Shown: piece by piece, positions 48,613-57,956 of the stretch
How positions within the stretch are numbered: the first letter of the stretch is position 1
Layout of the letters: every line of letters begins with the position of its first letter
NCBI GenBank assembly: GCA_947630015.1
Contig: CANRFY010000007.1
Coordinates: 2,526 to 66,525 of the forward strand
DNA from: an uncultured Clostridia bacterium
GTDB lineage: Bacteria; Bacillota; Clostridia; Oscillospirales; CAG-272
Length of the DNA stretch: 64,000 nt
Direction: 5' to 3'
Notes under the pieces: generated by a model
Database searches by the model: none
What the model was told of the DNA's origin: nothing
Seen by the model: the letters and a program-made list of their open reading frames with translations, nothing else
Made by a program: the position numbers and the translations under genes

Positions 48613-50991
48613 TCATATCTGCGACTGATCGGCGAGCCTTATTACCTCGGTATCGATGAGCGCCCTTCCGTAGATTCGGTACTCGTCGAGCTGACCCGTG
48701 AAATATTCGCCGCTTTCCCACGGCGCGTATCCGATAAACACGACGCTGTTGTCGCCTAAGATATCGTGCATCGTATGGTTCGCGTCGGTCACCTCCATAT
48801 TCCACTGGAGTACCCCGTTAAAATAGAATTTAAGTCTGTTCGTCTTGCTGTTGAACGAGAACGCGACATGGTGCCATTCGGGTTCGCGTCCGAATTTCGT
48901 AACGGTGTTCACCATCCACGTATAACGGCGCTGAAAGTCTGAATACTCGCAGTTGTAGTATTCGGCGTTTACCGTCGTTTCGGTTTCCAATATGCCTATA
49001 TAGCGCTCATGTTCATATATGGGGACGAGGACCTCGGCGTCCATTCCGCCGCCGACGCGCGGACCCGCGAAAAATTCCCATTTCGACGCTGCCGCGGGAG
49101 TTGTCTTAGCCCAGTACGACACAGTGAACGAATCGAGTCCCGACATAAGCGGCGAGCCGTCGGCCTTGCTGATCTCGAGCCAGAACCGGTTATTGGGGGT
49201 TCGGACGAAGTCAAGCGCGCCGTTCTTCACGCCGTCGGCTGCGAATGTCGGCGTACCGTTTACGGTCTTGACCGAAACGCCGTCGTATGAAAGACCGCTC
49301 TCCGCGTCATCGAACGTAAGCCTCATAAGAAGTCCGTCCGGCACGATAACTGTCTCGGGCGCATCCGTGCCGGCGGCCGTATTGCCGTCGGTTTCATCGC
49401 CGGTCTGCGCACCGCCGCGCGTCATTGCGACGACGACGGCAGCGACCGTGATCCCGCATACGAGAAGCGCCGCCGCGAGTATAATTATCAACGTGGCTTT
49501 GCCCTTTTTGCGCGGCTTTTCGGCGCTTGCGGCCTTTTCCGCTTTTGCGGCTTTTTTAGCCTCTGCGGCTTTTTTAGCTTCTGCGGCCTTTTTAGCCTCC
49601 GCGGCCTTTTTAGCTTCTGCGGCTTTTTTAGCCTCTGCGGCCTTTTTGGCTTCCGCAGCCTTTTTAGCTTCTGCGGCCTTTTTAGCCTCTGCGGCCTTTT
49701 TAGATTCCGCAGCCTTTTCCGCTTCTGCGAATTTTTCCGTTTCTGCGGGTTTATCTTCCTGATCGAATCCGAATTCGCGCGCGCGGACGAGTACCGTATG
49801 CCCGTCGCCGCCCTCATATCCCGCGACCGTCGGCGTAATCTCTTCCTTCTGCGGCTCCGGCTGCTGTTCCTGCTGCTGTTCAGGCTGCGTCTTTACGCGC
49901 GGCAGCTTGTGCGTCGGCGGCTCCGGCAGAGGCGCCGCCTCCTGCTGTTTCAGCTTGCGCTGCGTCTCCGGCGGCGGATCCACCATCATCGGCGGCGGGG
50001 TAACCGTCTCGGGCGTCTCGGGCGGTCTTTCGCCCGTCAGCGCCGCGTGGAAATCCGTCATGCGGCTGAATCTTTCCGCGGGCTGGACGCTCAGACCCTT
50101 GAGGATCGCGTCCTCGACGTTTTCGGGTATATCTATGCCGAGATTGCTCGGCGGGATAAGATCGTCCTCATCCATTCTTTCGACGGAATCCGGCGGCTTT
50201 TTGCCCGTGATCGCGTAGTAGAACGACGCCGCGACCGAGTACACGTCCGTGAACGGCCCCTGCCGCCCGTGTCTCGTGTACTGTTCCTTCGGCGCGAATC
50301 CGTGCTTAAGCACGATATCGAGACTGCGGCTCCTGTCGCCGAGGCTGTATCTTGCCGCGCCGAAATCGAGCAGCTTGACCTCGCCGTCGTCGGTTATTAT
50401 TATGTTGTCGGGCGTAACGTCGCGGTGGATGATCCCCTTTGAATGGACGGCGTCGAGCGCGTCCATGATCGGGATCAGGATGCGTTCTGCATCCTGCCAG
50501 CTTATCTTCCCGCCGGAGTCGGCGATGTACTTTTCAAAGCTGACGCCCTCGACGTAATCCATGACGAAGTACGCGGTGCCGTTTTCCTCAAAATAGCAGT
50601 GTACGCGAACTATATTCGGATTGCCTATGAACTGTGCGAGCGTCTCCGCTTCCTCGAGAAAGCACTTTTTTCCGTACTCGAAATTCTCGCCGCGCTTCCC
50701 GGGATGCGCCAGCACCGTCAACGGTCCCGAGCGCGTCGCGACGGCGTCGGGAAGAAATTCCTTTATCGCGACAAGCTGGCCCGTTTTCCATTCCTGCGCA
50801 ACGTATGTGATGCCGAATCCGCCCTGGCCGAGTACGCGGCCGAGAATGTACCGCCCGTTCAGTATTGTTCCGTGCGGCAGCGCGACGGGATATTCCTCGC
50901 GCTCGTGAGTCGGATCATAGCCGCAGAGCCGGCAGACGTCCTCGCCGGCCGGTAAAGCGTGAAAGCAATTATAGCAAATTCCGCTGCTCAT
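48613..50991 (-). CDS. Ser/Thr protein kinase 2 (Zn ribbon, KKAAEA repeats, TM, LamG-like ectodomain)
   Basis: CYNCF...CRLCGY; kinase motifs as above; C-terminal ...LDEYRIYGRALIDTEV typical of LamG/ConA-like jelly-roll domains. Confidence 0.9.
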   Translation of the reverse strand: MSSGICYNCFHALPAGEDVCRLCGYDPTHEREEYPVALPHGTILNGRYILGRVLGQGGFGITYVAQEWKTGQLVAIKEFLPDAVATRSGPLTVLAHPGKRGENFEYGKKCFLEEAETLAQFIGNPNIVRVHCYFEENGTAYFVMDYVEGVSFEKYIADSGGKISWQDAERILIPIMDALDAVHSKGIIHRDVTPDNIIITDDGEVKLLDFGAARYSLGDRSRSLDIVLKHGFAPKEQYTRHGRQGPFTDVYSVAASFYYAITGKKPPDSVERMDEDDLIPPSNLGIDIPENVEDAILKGLSVQPAERFSRMTDFHAALTGERPPETPETVTPPPMMVDPPPETQRKLKQQEAAPLPEPPTHKLPRVKTQPEQQQEQQPEPQKEEITPTVAGYEGGDGHTVLVRAREFGFDQEDKPAETEKFAEAEKAAESKKAAEAKKAAEAKKAAEAKKAAEAKKAAEAKKAAEAKKAAEAKKAAEAKKAAKAEKAASAEKPRKKGKATLIIILAAALLVCGITVAAVVVAMTRGGAQTGDETDGNTAAGTDAPETVIVPDGLLMRLTFDDAESGLSYDGVSVKTVNGTPTFAADGVKNGALDFVRTPNNRFWLEISKADGSPLMSGLDSFTVSYWAKTTPAAASKWEFFAGPRVGGGMDAEVLVPIYEHERYIGILETETTVNAEYYNCEYSDFQRRYTWMVNTVTKFGREPEWHHVAFSFNSKTNRLKFYFNGVLQWNMEVTDANHTMHDILGDNSVVFIGYAPWESGEYFTGQLDEYRIYGRALIDTEVIRLADQSQI
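49545..49715 (-). repeat. In-frame 18-nt tandem repeat encoding (KKAAEA)n in kinase 2
   Basis: GCGGCCTTTTTAGCYTCT units repeated about 8-9 times. Confidence 0.9.
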
Positions 50992-51033
50992 TTCTGTCCC
51001 TCGGATATGATTTTTCGTATATGTGTCAAGGCG

Positions 51034-53310
51034 TTAGTCCTTCGTCATTATGTTGCGCCAAGATTCAACGTAGCACTGACCGTAATGATTATAGCCGACC
51101 GCGACGACGGAGCCGTCTTCACGCACTCCCACGGTATGAAGCAACCCCGCAGAGACAGCGACAAGATGACTCCATTCGGATCCGTCTACCTCGGATCTGC
51201 CGAATTTGGTGCTGTCATCGCCGACTGACACAGCCGTTCCGTCAGCTTTAAGTCCGACCGTATGGAAAGCATGAGCCGAGATCATCACGATGTCGCGCCA
51301 ATCTCCGACATCGCATTGACCGTTAGAGTTGTTTCCGACGGCTACGACGGTTCCGTCGAGCTTAAGCCCGAGCGTAAAGTTTTCGCTGGCTACGATCTGT
51401 ACGATATCATGCCAATCCTCGACGTTGCACTGGCCGTAATCATTATTTCCAACCGCGACGCACGTTCCGTCTCTGAGCAGCGCGACCGTGTGGTTAAATC
51501 CCGCTGAAATCGCGATAACATCGCTCCAGCCGCCCACATTAAGATCGCCGTTAATGCCTCCGCCGACAGCGACAACTGTCCCGTCGCTTCTGAGTCCGAC
51601 CGTATGCACATTTCCTACGTCGATGGAAATTATATTGCTCCAGTCCCCAACGTTGCACTGGCCGTATTCATTATCACCTACAGCTACGCACGTTCCGTCC
51701 TCGCGCAGTCCGACCGAAAACGCGTGACAGCCGTTATCGTCGTTATAATAACCTCCGGCCGCGACCGAGATAATGTTCGTCCATCCGCCCACATCGCATT
51801 CGTTCGTTTCGTTGCATCCCGTCGCCATGACAGTGCCGTCATTTTTGATCGCGAGCGTATGCATCGGCCCTGCGGAAATTGTATTTGTGAGGTAATACCC
51901 CACCTCATAAACGACCGAACCGCTTGACGGCGGCTCCGTCTCGGGCGGATTCGTTACAGGCGGTTCCGTCTCGGGCGGGTTTGTTACAGGCGTTTCCGTT
52001 CCCTCGTTCGGCCCCGACGGAATGATCACGCCGCCGATCCTATCGGTGTCGTCGTCGTCATTGCCGTGGTTGTATCCGTCCGTGTCGTCTCTGTATGACG
52101 GCACGTAGGGTTCGTCGTCCTGCATCAGGCTTGAGACGCCGACCGCGATCAGAACCGCGATCGCAACGACGCCTGCCAATATCGCGGGGATGAGCCATTT
52201 CGGCATCTTTTTCTTCGGCTGCTGCACCGGCGGAATGAACGGCGGCAGAATGCCCTGTCCCGATCCGTATGGCGTCGTCTGCGTCGTCTGCGTGTACGGC
52301 GGCTGCACGCCCTGCGAGCCGGACATATTCTGCACGGGAGGTGCGAGAAGAGCTGCCTTGAACGCCGCCATGCGCTGGAAGCGTCCCGATTCGTTGACGC
52401 TCAGTCCCTGAAGGATCGCGGCCTCGACGTTTTTCGGTATATCGGGGCAGTATGCGCTCGGCGGGACGAGTCTGTCGTCCTCCATGCGTTCGATCGATTC
52501 CGGCGGCTTTTTGCCCGTCACGGCGTAATAGAACGTCGCCGCGAGCGCGTAAACATCGGTGAACGGCCCCTGTCTGCCGTGCTGTTTATACTGCTCCTTC
52601 GGCGCGAAGCCATGCTTCAGCACGATATCGAGACTGCAGCTTCTGTCGCCGATGCTGTATCTTGCCGCGCCGAAATCGATCAGCTTTACGCTGCCATTCG
52701 ACGTTATCATTATATTATCGGGCGTGACGTCGCGATGTATGATGCCCTCGGCATGGACGGCGTCGAGCGCGTCCATGACGGGGAACAGGAAATTCTCCGC
52801 CTCGCGCCAGCCGATCTTTCCGCCCTTGCTCTCGATATAACGCTGAAGGCTGACGCCCTCGACGTATTCCATCGCGAAATAGCCCGTCCCGTTTTCCTCG
52901 AAATAGCTTTTGACATGGACTATATTCGGATGCGAGTTGAATTTGGAGAGCATCTGAGCTTCCTTAAGGAAGCAGTCCTTCCCGTATGTAAAGTTCTCGG
53001 CGCGTTCGCCCGTATATGGGGTGATCTGGCATCCGCCCGTTCTCGATGCGAGAGAGTCGGGCATATATTCCTTTATGGCGATGAGGGATTTTGTTTTCCA
53101 TTCCTGCGCCACATATGTGATGCCGAATCCGCCCTGGCCGAGTACACGGCCCGTTATGTAGCGTCCGTTTAAAACGGAGCCGAGGGGCAATGCCGCAGGG
53201 AACAGTCCTTCATCGCGCGCCGGATCATATCCGCAGTGCGGGCAGGCTCCGGATTCCGGTTTTTCGCGAAAGCAGTTATAGCACAAGCTGGCGTTCATAT
53301 ATTTCCTCAT
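51034..53310 (-). CDS. Ser/Thr protein kinase 3 (Zn ribbon, TM, RCC1-like repeat ectodomain)
   Basis: CYNCF...CPHCGY; kinase motifs; about 7 repeats of HTVGL..DGTVVAVG.N..GQC.V..W..I. Confidence 0.9.
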   Translation of the reverse strand: MRKYMNASLCYNCFREKPESGACPHCGYDPARDEGLFPAALPLGSVLNGRYITGRVLGQGGFGITYVAQEWKTKSLIAIKEYMPDSLASRTGGCQITPYTGERAENFTYGKDCFLKEAQMLSKFNSHPNIVHVKSYFEENGTGYFAMEYVEGVSLQRYIESKGGKIGWREAENFLFPVMDALDAVHAEGIIHRDVTPDNIMITSNGSVKLIDFGAARYSIGDRSCSLDIVLKHGFAPKEQYKQHGRQGPFTDVYALAATFYYAVTGKKPPESIERMEDDRLVPPSAYCPDIPKNVEAAILQGLSVNESGRFQRMAAFKAALLAPPVQNMSGSQGVQPPYTQTTQTTPYGSGQGILPPFIPPVQQPKKKMPKWLIPAILAGVVAIAVLIAVGVSSLMQDDEPYVPSYRDDTDGYNHGNDDDDTDRIGGVIIPSGPNEGTETPVTNPPETEPPVTNPPETEPPSSGSVVYEVGYYLTNTISAGPMHTLAIKNDGTVMATGCNETNECDVGGWTNIISVAAGGYYNDDNGCHAFSVGLREDGTCVAVGDNEYGQCNVGDWSNIISIDVGNVHTVGLRSDGTVVAVGGGINGDLNVGGWSDVIAISAGFNHTVALLRDGTCVAVGNNDYGQCNVEDWHDIVQIVASENFTLGLKLDGTVVAVGNNSNGQCDVGDWRDIVMISAHAFHTVGLKADGTAVSVGDDSTKFGRSEVDGSEWSHLVAVSAGLLHTVGVREDGSVVAVGYNHYGQCYVESWRNIMTKD

Positions 53311-53352
53311 TCTTTGTCAAGAAGTTACAGACATTCTATTGTATTATACACC

Positions 53353-53382
53353 TTGCGGCATGGAGAAATCAATAGTAAATGT
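53353..53382 (-). promoter_or_regulatory. Candidate promoter of kinase/phosphatase/FHA operon (TTGATT-N18-TATAAT)
   Basis: Read on minus strand about 45 nt upstream of kinase 3 ATG, which has a GAGGA RBS. Confidence 0.45.
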
Positions 53383-53536
53383 GATTTTGGTTAATTTTTT
53401 TGTAATAGTTTGTCATTTGAAAGATGAGGAGGGGGAAGGCGAGGCTATTTTCTTTAAAAAGAAAACAACCTCACCTTGCAAAAAGGTGGGGGTTGAAAGT
53501 CTATGGCAGGGGATGTTAGTGCGTCGGTCGAAGCAA

Positions 53537-53640
53537 CCGCCCCGCGAAGAGCTGTTCGCACACAGCTTCAGCGCGTTGTTCTTTTGGAGAGGGTGTTTGG
53601 GGGAGGACCCTTTCTTTTGAAGAAAGGGTCCTCAGCCCAA
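53537..53640 (+). repeat. Solo delta module
   Basis: CCGCGAAGAGCTGTTCGCACACAGC...hairpin 53603-53633. Confidence 0.85.
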
Positions 53641-53895
53641 TCAGCCTCTTTTCCGCGAAAAGAGGCCCTTAACATAATTTAAAAACTTTATAAAGTTTAA
53701 AGAAAAGTAAACGATAGAATCGCAAAGGAAAATTCTTTGCCCTCGCACCTCTTTGCCGGCCGGCAAAGAGACCCTTAACTCATTTTAACTTTTGCAAAAG
53801 TTTTAGATGCGGAAAGGCAAGTACCGCGAAGGAAAAACTTTGCTTCAACCTTTTCTAAAGTTTGCAAAAAGGAAAGGATAGAACCCCCCCATGAA
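53640..53895 (-). repeat. Solo inverted alpha-long module plus a second alpha fragment
   Basis: H2 remnant 53645-53673, H1 53748-53780, palindrome 53787-53802, fragment 53825-53890. Confidence 0.85.
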
Positions 53896-53921
53896 TCACC
53901 TTAACACCATTCCGCCCCTTT

Positions 53922-54773
53922 TCAAATGTTAGCTTGACCCCTCGTCTCAATCGCCTCGACGGCGCGTCTGACGCCGCGGCCGAACTCGTCGATGATGCCG
54001 CAAATGAAATCTGCGGCGGGAAGCGACGGATCGTCGAGCAGCGGCATCATGTCGACGGCATAGATTACGCGATCGGTGTCGTCGACGCGGTGCGATGCGC
54101 CGAACGTGGCGTGGGCGCGCCTGCGCCCGATCACGGCGAGATCGTAGCCTTTCCCGCCCGCGATCTGGGAATCGAACGCGCGCAAAAGCTCTGCTTCAAG
54201 CTCCGGCGAGCCGCCGACGTCGAAGCTTATCTTATATTCGTCGGGGAGCCAGTCTAAATCGCGCCAGACCTCGCAGCCGTAAAAATGCTCGGGACGCCAG
54301 CCGTCGCGGCAGACGCGGCGGAGCGCCGCGACGGTGCGCAGACAGGCGGCGAGATGAGTTTCGTGGCGGTCGGCGGGATTGTGCGTATAAACGACGCGCG
54401 GACGCGCGCGCATGAGGATATCGGCAAGCTTGTCGACAGCGTCCGTGTCGGCGGGGTCCTTTATCTTTGCGGACGGGAAACCGAGCATGGCGAGCGCGCC
54501 GTAACCGCCGATGCGCGCGGCCTCCATCTGCTCGAGACGGCGTATCCCTATCATCTCCGCGTCCGTGCATGACGCGTACCTGCCCGCGCGCGGACTGCCC
54601 GCGCCGTCGGTCAGAACGACCGCGCAGAAGGAGAGCGAATCATCGCGCCGGCAGCGAAGGATCCCGTCGTAGGCCATGAATTCGATATCGTCCTCGTGCG
54701 CCGATATGGCAAGATGCGTGATTTTTGAAAGCGCAGCGTCCTCGCTCTCGCCGCTCGGAATGTAAATCTCCAT
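53922..54773 (-). CDS. PIG-L/LmbE-family deacetylase
   Basis: AISAHEDDIEF motif; ATG 54773 with GGAGG RBS, overlaps upstream stop (TAATG); longer track ORF rejected. Confidence 0.75.
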   Translation of the reverse strand: MEIYIPSGESEDAALSKITHLAISAHEDDIEFMAYDGILRCRRDDSLSFCAVVLTDGAGSPRAGRYASCTDAEMIGIRRLEQMEAARIGGYGALAMLGFPSAKIKDPADTDAVDKLADILMRARPRVVYTHNPADRHETHLAACLRTVAALRRVCRDGWRPEHFYGCEVWRDLDWLPDEYKISFDVGGSPELEAELLRAFDSQIAGGKGYDLAVIGRRRAHATFGASHRVDDTDRVIYAVDMMPLLDDPSLPAADFICGIIDEFGRGVRRAVEAIETRGQANI

Positions 54774-56092
54774 TACGGTATCTCCTCCTTTGCAGGGTCG
54801 ATCGGCAGAACGGAATTCGACCGCCGCGCCTGCTCGGCGCGGAACACGGTCTTGTGGCTCATCATCGAATCGGCGAGCGTCGCGCATGAAACAGACGGCG
54901 AGCCGCCGCGTATATAGTCGACGAAATCGAGTACGAGATGCTCGTCGCCGCCTCCGTGGCCGCCGGAGGCGCCTATCATGTCGCCGCCGACGGAAAGATC
55001 GTATGCGCGCTCGCAAAAGCCCGCTTTTGTGTGCGGAGACATCGTCCGGATCACATAGCGCGAATCCTCAAACGTCCCCTTAAGCTCGCCCTTTGTGCCG
55101 ACGATGTGGATGTTGCGTTCCGATTTCGCGCTTCCGCCTATCATCGAAAACGTGCCGAGCGCGCCTGATGAGAACCGTATCATCACGGATTGACGGTCGA
55201 CGTTGCCGCCTCTGTCAAAATCCCAGACGCAGCGCCCGTACTGATTGTCCGTCATAAGCGAACGCACCTTGTCCTCATACGTCGGCTCGCCCGCGCCCTC
55301 GAGCGGCTTCCACACGTACTGCGTCCACCGCACCGCGTCAAGATAATTCGCGCGCGAGGAGAATATGCACTCCTCCTCGAGCGGACAGTCGCAGAGGCAG
55401 CGCGTCCCCGCGCCGGCGGGCTTTCGCTCCGCGCCGAATCTGTAGTCGCCGCCAAAGCTTGAAACGTACAAAGGCGCGTCCCCGCGCAAAAGCCAGAGCA
55501 TGATGTCGATATCGTGACATGATTTCGCGAGCAGCATCGGCGCGCCGCAAAGCGCCTCCGAGCGCCATTTGCCGCGCACATACGATACGGCGAGATGGTG
55601 ATAGTTGACGTGTTCGCACATCTCGATCGTGATAATATCGCCGAGTATGCCCGAATCGACATGATCGCGGATCGCGCGGTAAAAATCCGTGTACCGCAGC
55701 ACATGGCAGACGACGACGCGGCGGCGGGTGCGCGCGGCGGCGTCGAGAAGCGCGTTCATCTCACCCTCGTTGACGGCGAACGGCTTTTCGAGCAGAAGAT
55801 CGTATCCCGCGTCCAGTATCGGGATCGAAGTTTTTACGTGCAGACTGTCCATCGTGCCGTTTATTGCGGCGTCGGCGAATTTCGGACGCGAGATGAAATC
55901 CCCGACGCTTTCAAAGCAGAATTCGTCAGGGACGCGGTAGCGTTCGGCCATTATGCCGCGCCTTACGGGATCGGGATCGACGACGCCGACGATTTTGAGC
56001 TTGTCGGGATGGGTGAGCGATACGCGCGAATACACGTCGGCTCTGTTGCCCGCGCCTACAAGCACGACGGATACAGGCTCCGAGGCTGTCAT
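54773..56092 (-). CDS. Gfo/Idh/MocA-family oxidoreductase
   Basis: VVLVGAGNRADVY Rossmann N-terminus, LLEKPFAV motif. Confidence 0.85.
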   Translation of the reverse strand: MTASEPVSVVLVGAGNRADVYSRVSLTHPDKLKIVGVVDPDPVRRGIMAERYRVPDEFCFESVGDFISRPKFADAAINGTMDSLHVKTSIPILDAGYDLLLEKPFAVNEGEMNALLDAAARTRRRVVVCHVLRYTDFYRAIRDHVDSGILGDIITIEMCEHVNYHHLAVSYVRGKWRSEALCGAPMLLAKSCHDIDIMLWLLRGDAPLYVSSFGGDYRFGAERKPAGAGTRCLCDCPLEEECIFSSRANYLDAVRWTQYVWKPLEGAGEPTYEDKVRSLMTDNQYGRCVWDFDRGGNVDRQSVMIRFSSGALGTFSMIGGSAKSERNIHIVGTKGELKGTFEDSRYVIRTMSPHTKAGFCERAYDLSVGGDMIGASGGHGGGDEHLVLDFVDYIRGGSPSVSCATLADSMMSHKTVFRAEQARRSNSVLPIDPAKEEIP

Positions 56093-56113
56093 ATCAAAAA
56101 TCCTCCGGCGGAG

Positions 56114-56809
56114 TTATTTGTCAAGCTCGCGTTCGCGTTCCTGGCGCTCCTCGAGCGCCTCGCGCATTATGTCGAGCGCGTCCCACGGCAGCGCGCCCTC
56201 CACGACGGCGGCCTCGACCTGCGAATCGATATAGTACGAGGCGTAGGGGAGAAGCACGCGGATGAAGTGATAGTCAAGCTCTCCGTCGAGGATGCGCTGG
56301 AGGATCGCGGACTTCGATCTGTCGTCGAGAAGCGGCACGAATTTACCGAGAAGCTCCTCGTCGAGCTTGTCGGGCGACGACTGCTCGAGCAGCGCTATTA
56401 CGCTTTTGTCGTTGAGATATTCCGCCAGCTTCACGACATACGATATATCGATGCCGTGCGCGGAGAAATTGGAGACGAGCTTTTCAAGCACGCTCGGGCG
56501 CAAAAGCGGAGCGACGCCCGCTATATCCTCGATCCTTGCGGGCGAGGCGTCGCCGCCCTCCGCGACGCGCGCCAGAATATCGAGTTCGCCAGGCGTCGGC
56601 TCGCCGGCGTTCAAAAGCTCCTCTGACGACACGCCGAGCGCGCCCGCAGCCTTGGAAACGACCGACATATCGGGGAAGCTTTCGCCGCGCTCCCAGCGCG
56701 TGATATCGCCGACCGTAACGCCGATAGAATCGGCGAGCGCGGCCGCCGTCATGTCGGCGTTTTTGCGCAGACGGCACAGATTTGCGCCGAATTTGATCGT
56801 ATCGAACAT
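56114..56809 (-). CDS. XRE-family HTH domain protein with C-terminal helical domain
   Basis: LCRLRKNADMTAAALADSIGVTVGDITRWERGESFP. Confidence 0.75.
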   Translation of the reverse strand: MFDTIKFGANLCRLRKNADMTAAALADSIGVTVGDITRWERGESFPDMSVVSKAAGALGVSSEELLNAGEPTPGELDILARVAEGGDASPARIEDIAGVAPLLRPSVLEKLVSNFSAHGIDISYVVKLAEYLNDKSVIALLEQSSPDKLDEELLGKFVPLLDDRSKSAILQRILDGELDYHFIRVLLPYASYYIDSQVEAAVVEGALPWDALDIMREALEERQERERELDK

Positions 56810-56992
56810 ATTGACACCTCCGACCTTCGGGGTTTGCAGTATTTATACATATATTCTATCACGCCGCCGTGCAAATGTCCAGCGCCGCCGCCGTTCCGCG
56901 GCGTACATTTTTTCCGAAAATGCGCGCGCCGCTTGCAATTCTCCCCGCCGTCGTGATATACTGTTATGGCAAACACAAACGGAGGGAATCGT

Positions 56993-57952
56993 ATGTATCT
57001 TATCGGAGTCGATCTCGGCGGGACGAAAACCGCCGTCGGCGTCGTCGACGGGCGCGGCGAAATAATCGCGAAGGCGAGCGCGCCGACGGGCGCGCACGAT
57101 CCCGAATCGATAGCGGAGAATATGGCGCGCGTGGCGCGCTTTGCGATGGGCGAGGCGGGGATCGGCTCCGACCGCATCGCGGGTATCGGCGTCGGCGTCC
57201 CGGGGACCGTATCGCGGGAAACGGGAATGCTCGAATACGCAAACAATCTCGAAATGGAAAACGTGATGCTGGCGGACTACATCCGCCCGCACACGAAGAT
57301 CGAGCATATAGTGCTTGTGAACGACGCGAACGCGGCCGCGTTCGCGGAATATAAGCTCGGCGCGGGCGCGGGCGCGCGCACGATGGTGATGATAACGCTC
57401 GGCACCGGCATCGGCGCTGGCATCGTCGCGGACGGCGAGCTTTACGAGGGCGTCAATTACGCCGCGGGCGAGCTTGGTCATACGACGATAAAATTCGACG
57501 GCGAAAAATGCGCGTGCGGACGGCGCGGCTGCTATGAGCTGTACGCGTCGACGTCGGCGCTGATAAGGGCGGCGAGAGCGGAGATGAAAAAATCGTCCGA
57601 CTCGCTTTTATGGGATATGTGCGGCGGCGACGAGGCCGCCGTGAACGGGATGCTGTTCTTCGACGCGGTCAGAGCCGGCGACGCAGCGGCGCGCCGCGTC
57701 CTTGACGCATACGTGGACTGCGTCGCCGTCGGCGTCCTCGACGTGGTGAATATGTACGAACCGGAGCTGATCTGCATCGGAGGCGGCATCAGCCGCGAGC
57801 ATGAGCTTTTGATAAAGCCGCTGCGCGAGCGCGTCACGGCCGAGAATTATTCGCGGCTGTCGCGCGTCACGACGCGCATCGAGGCGGCGCGCCTCGGCAA
57901 CGACGCCGGCATAATAGGCGCGGCGCTGCTCGCCGAAAAACACGCGAGGTGA
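56993..57952 (+). CDS. ROK-family sugar kinase
   Basis: MYLIGVDLGGTK, GELGH, C.CG..GC zinc motif; ATG 56993 with GGAGGG RBS. Confidence 0.88.
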   Translation: MYLIGVDLGGTKTAVGVVDGRGEIIAKASAPTGAHDPESIAENMARVARFAMGEAGIGSDRIAGIGVGVPGTVSRETGMLEYANNLEMENVMLADYIRPHTKIEHIVLVNDANAAAFAEYKLGAGAGARTMVMITLGTGIGAGIVADGELYEGVNYAAGELGHTTIKFDGEKCACGRRGCYELYASTSALIRAARAEMKKSSDSLLWDMCGGDEAAVNGMLFFDAVRAGDAAARRVLDAYVDCVAVGVLDVVNMYEPELICIGGGISREHELLIKPLRERVTAENYSRLSRVTTRIEAARLGNDAGIIGAALLAEKHAR

Positions 57953-57956
57953 CATC

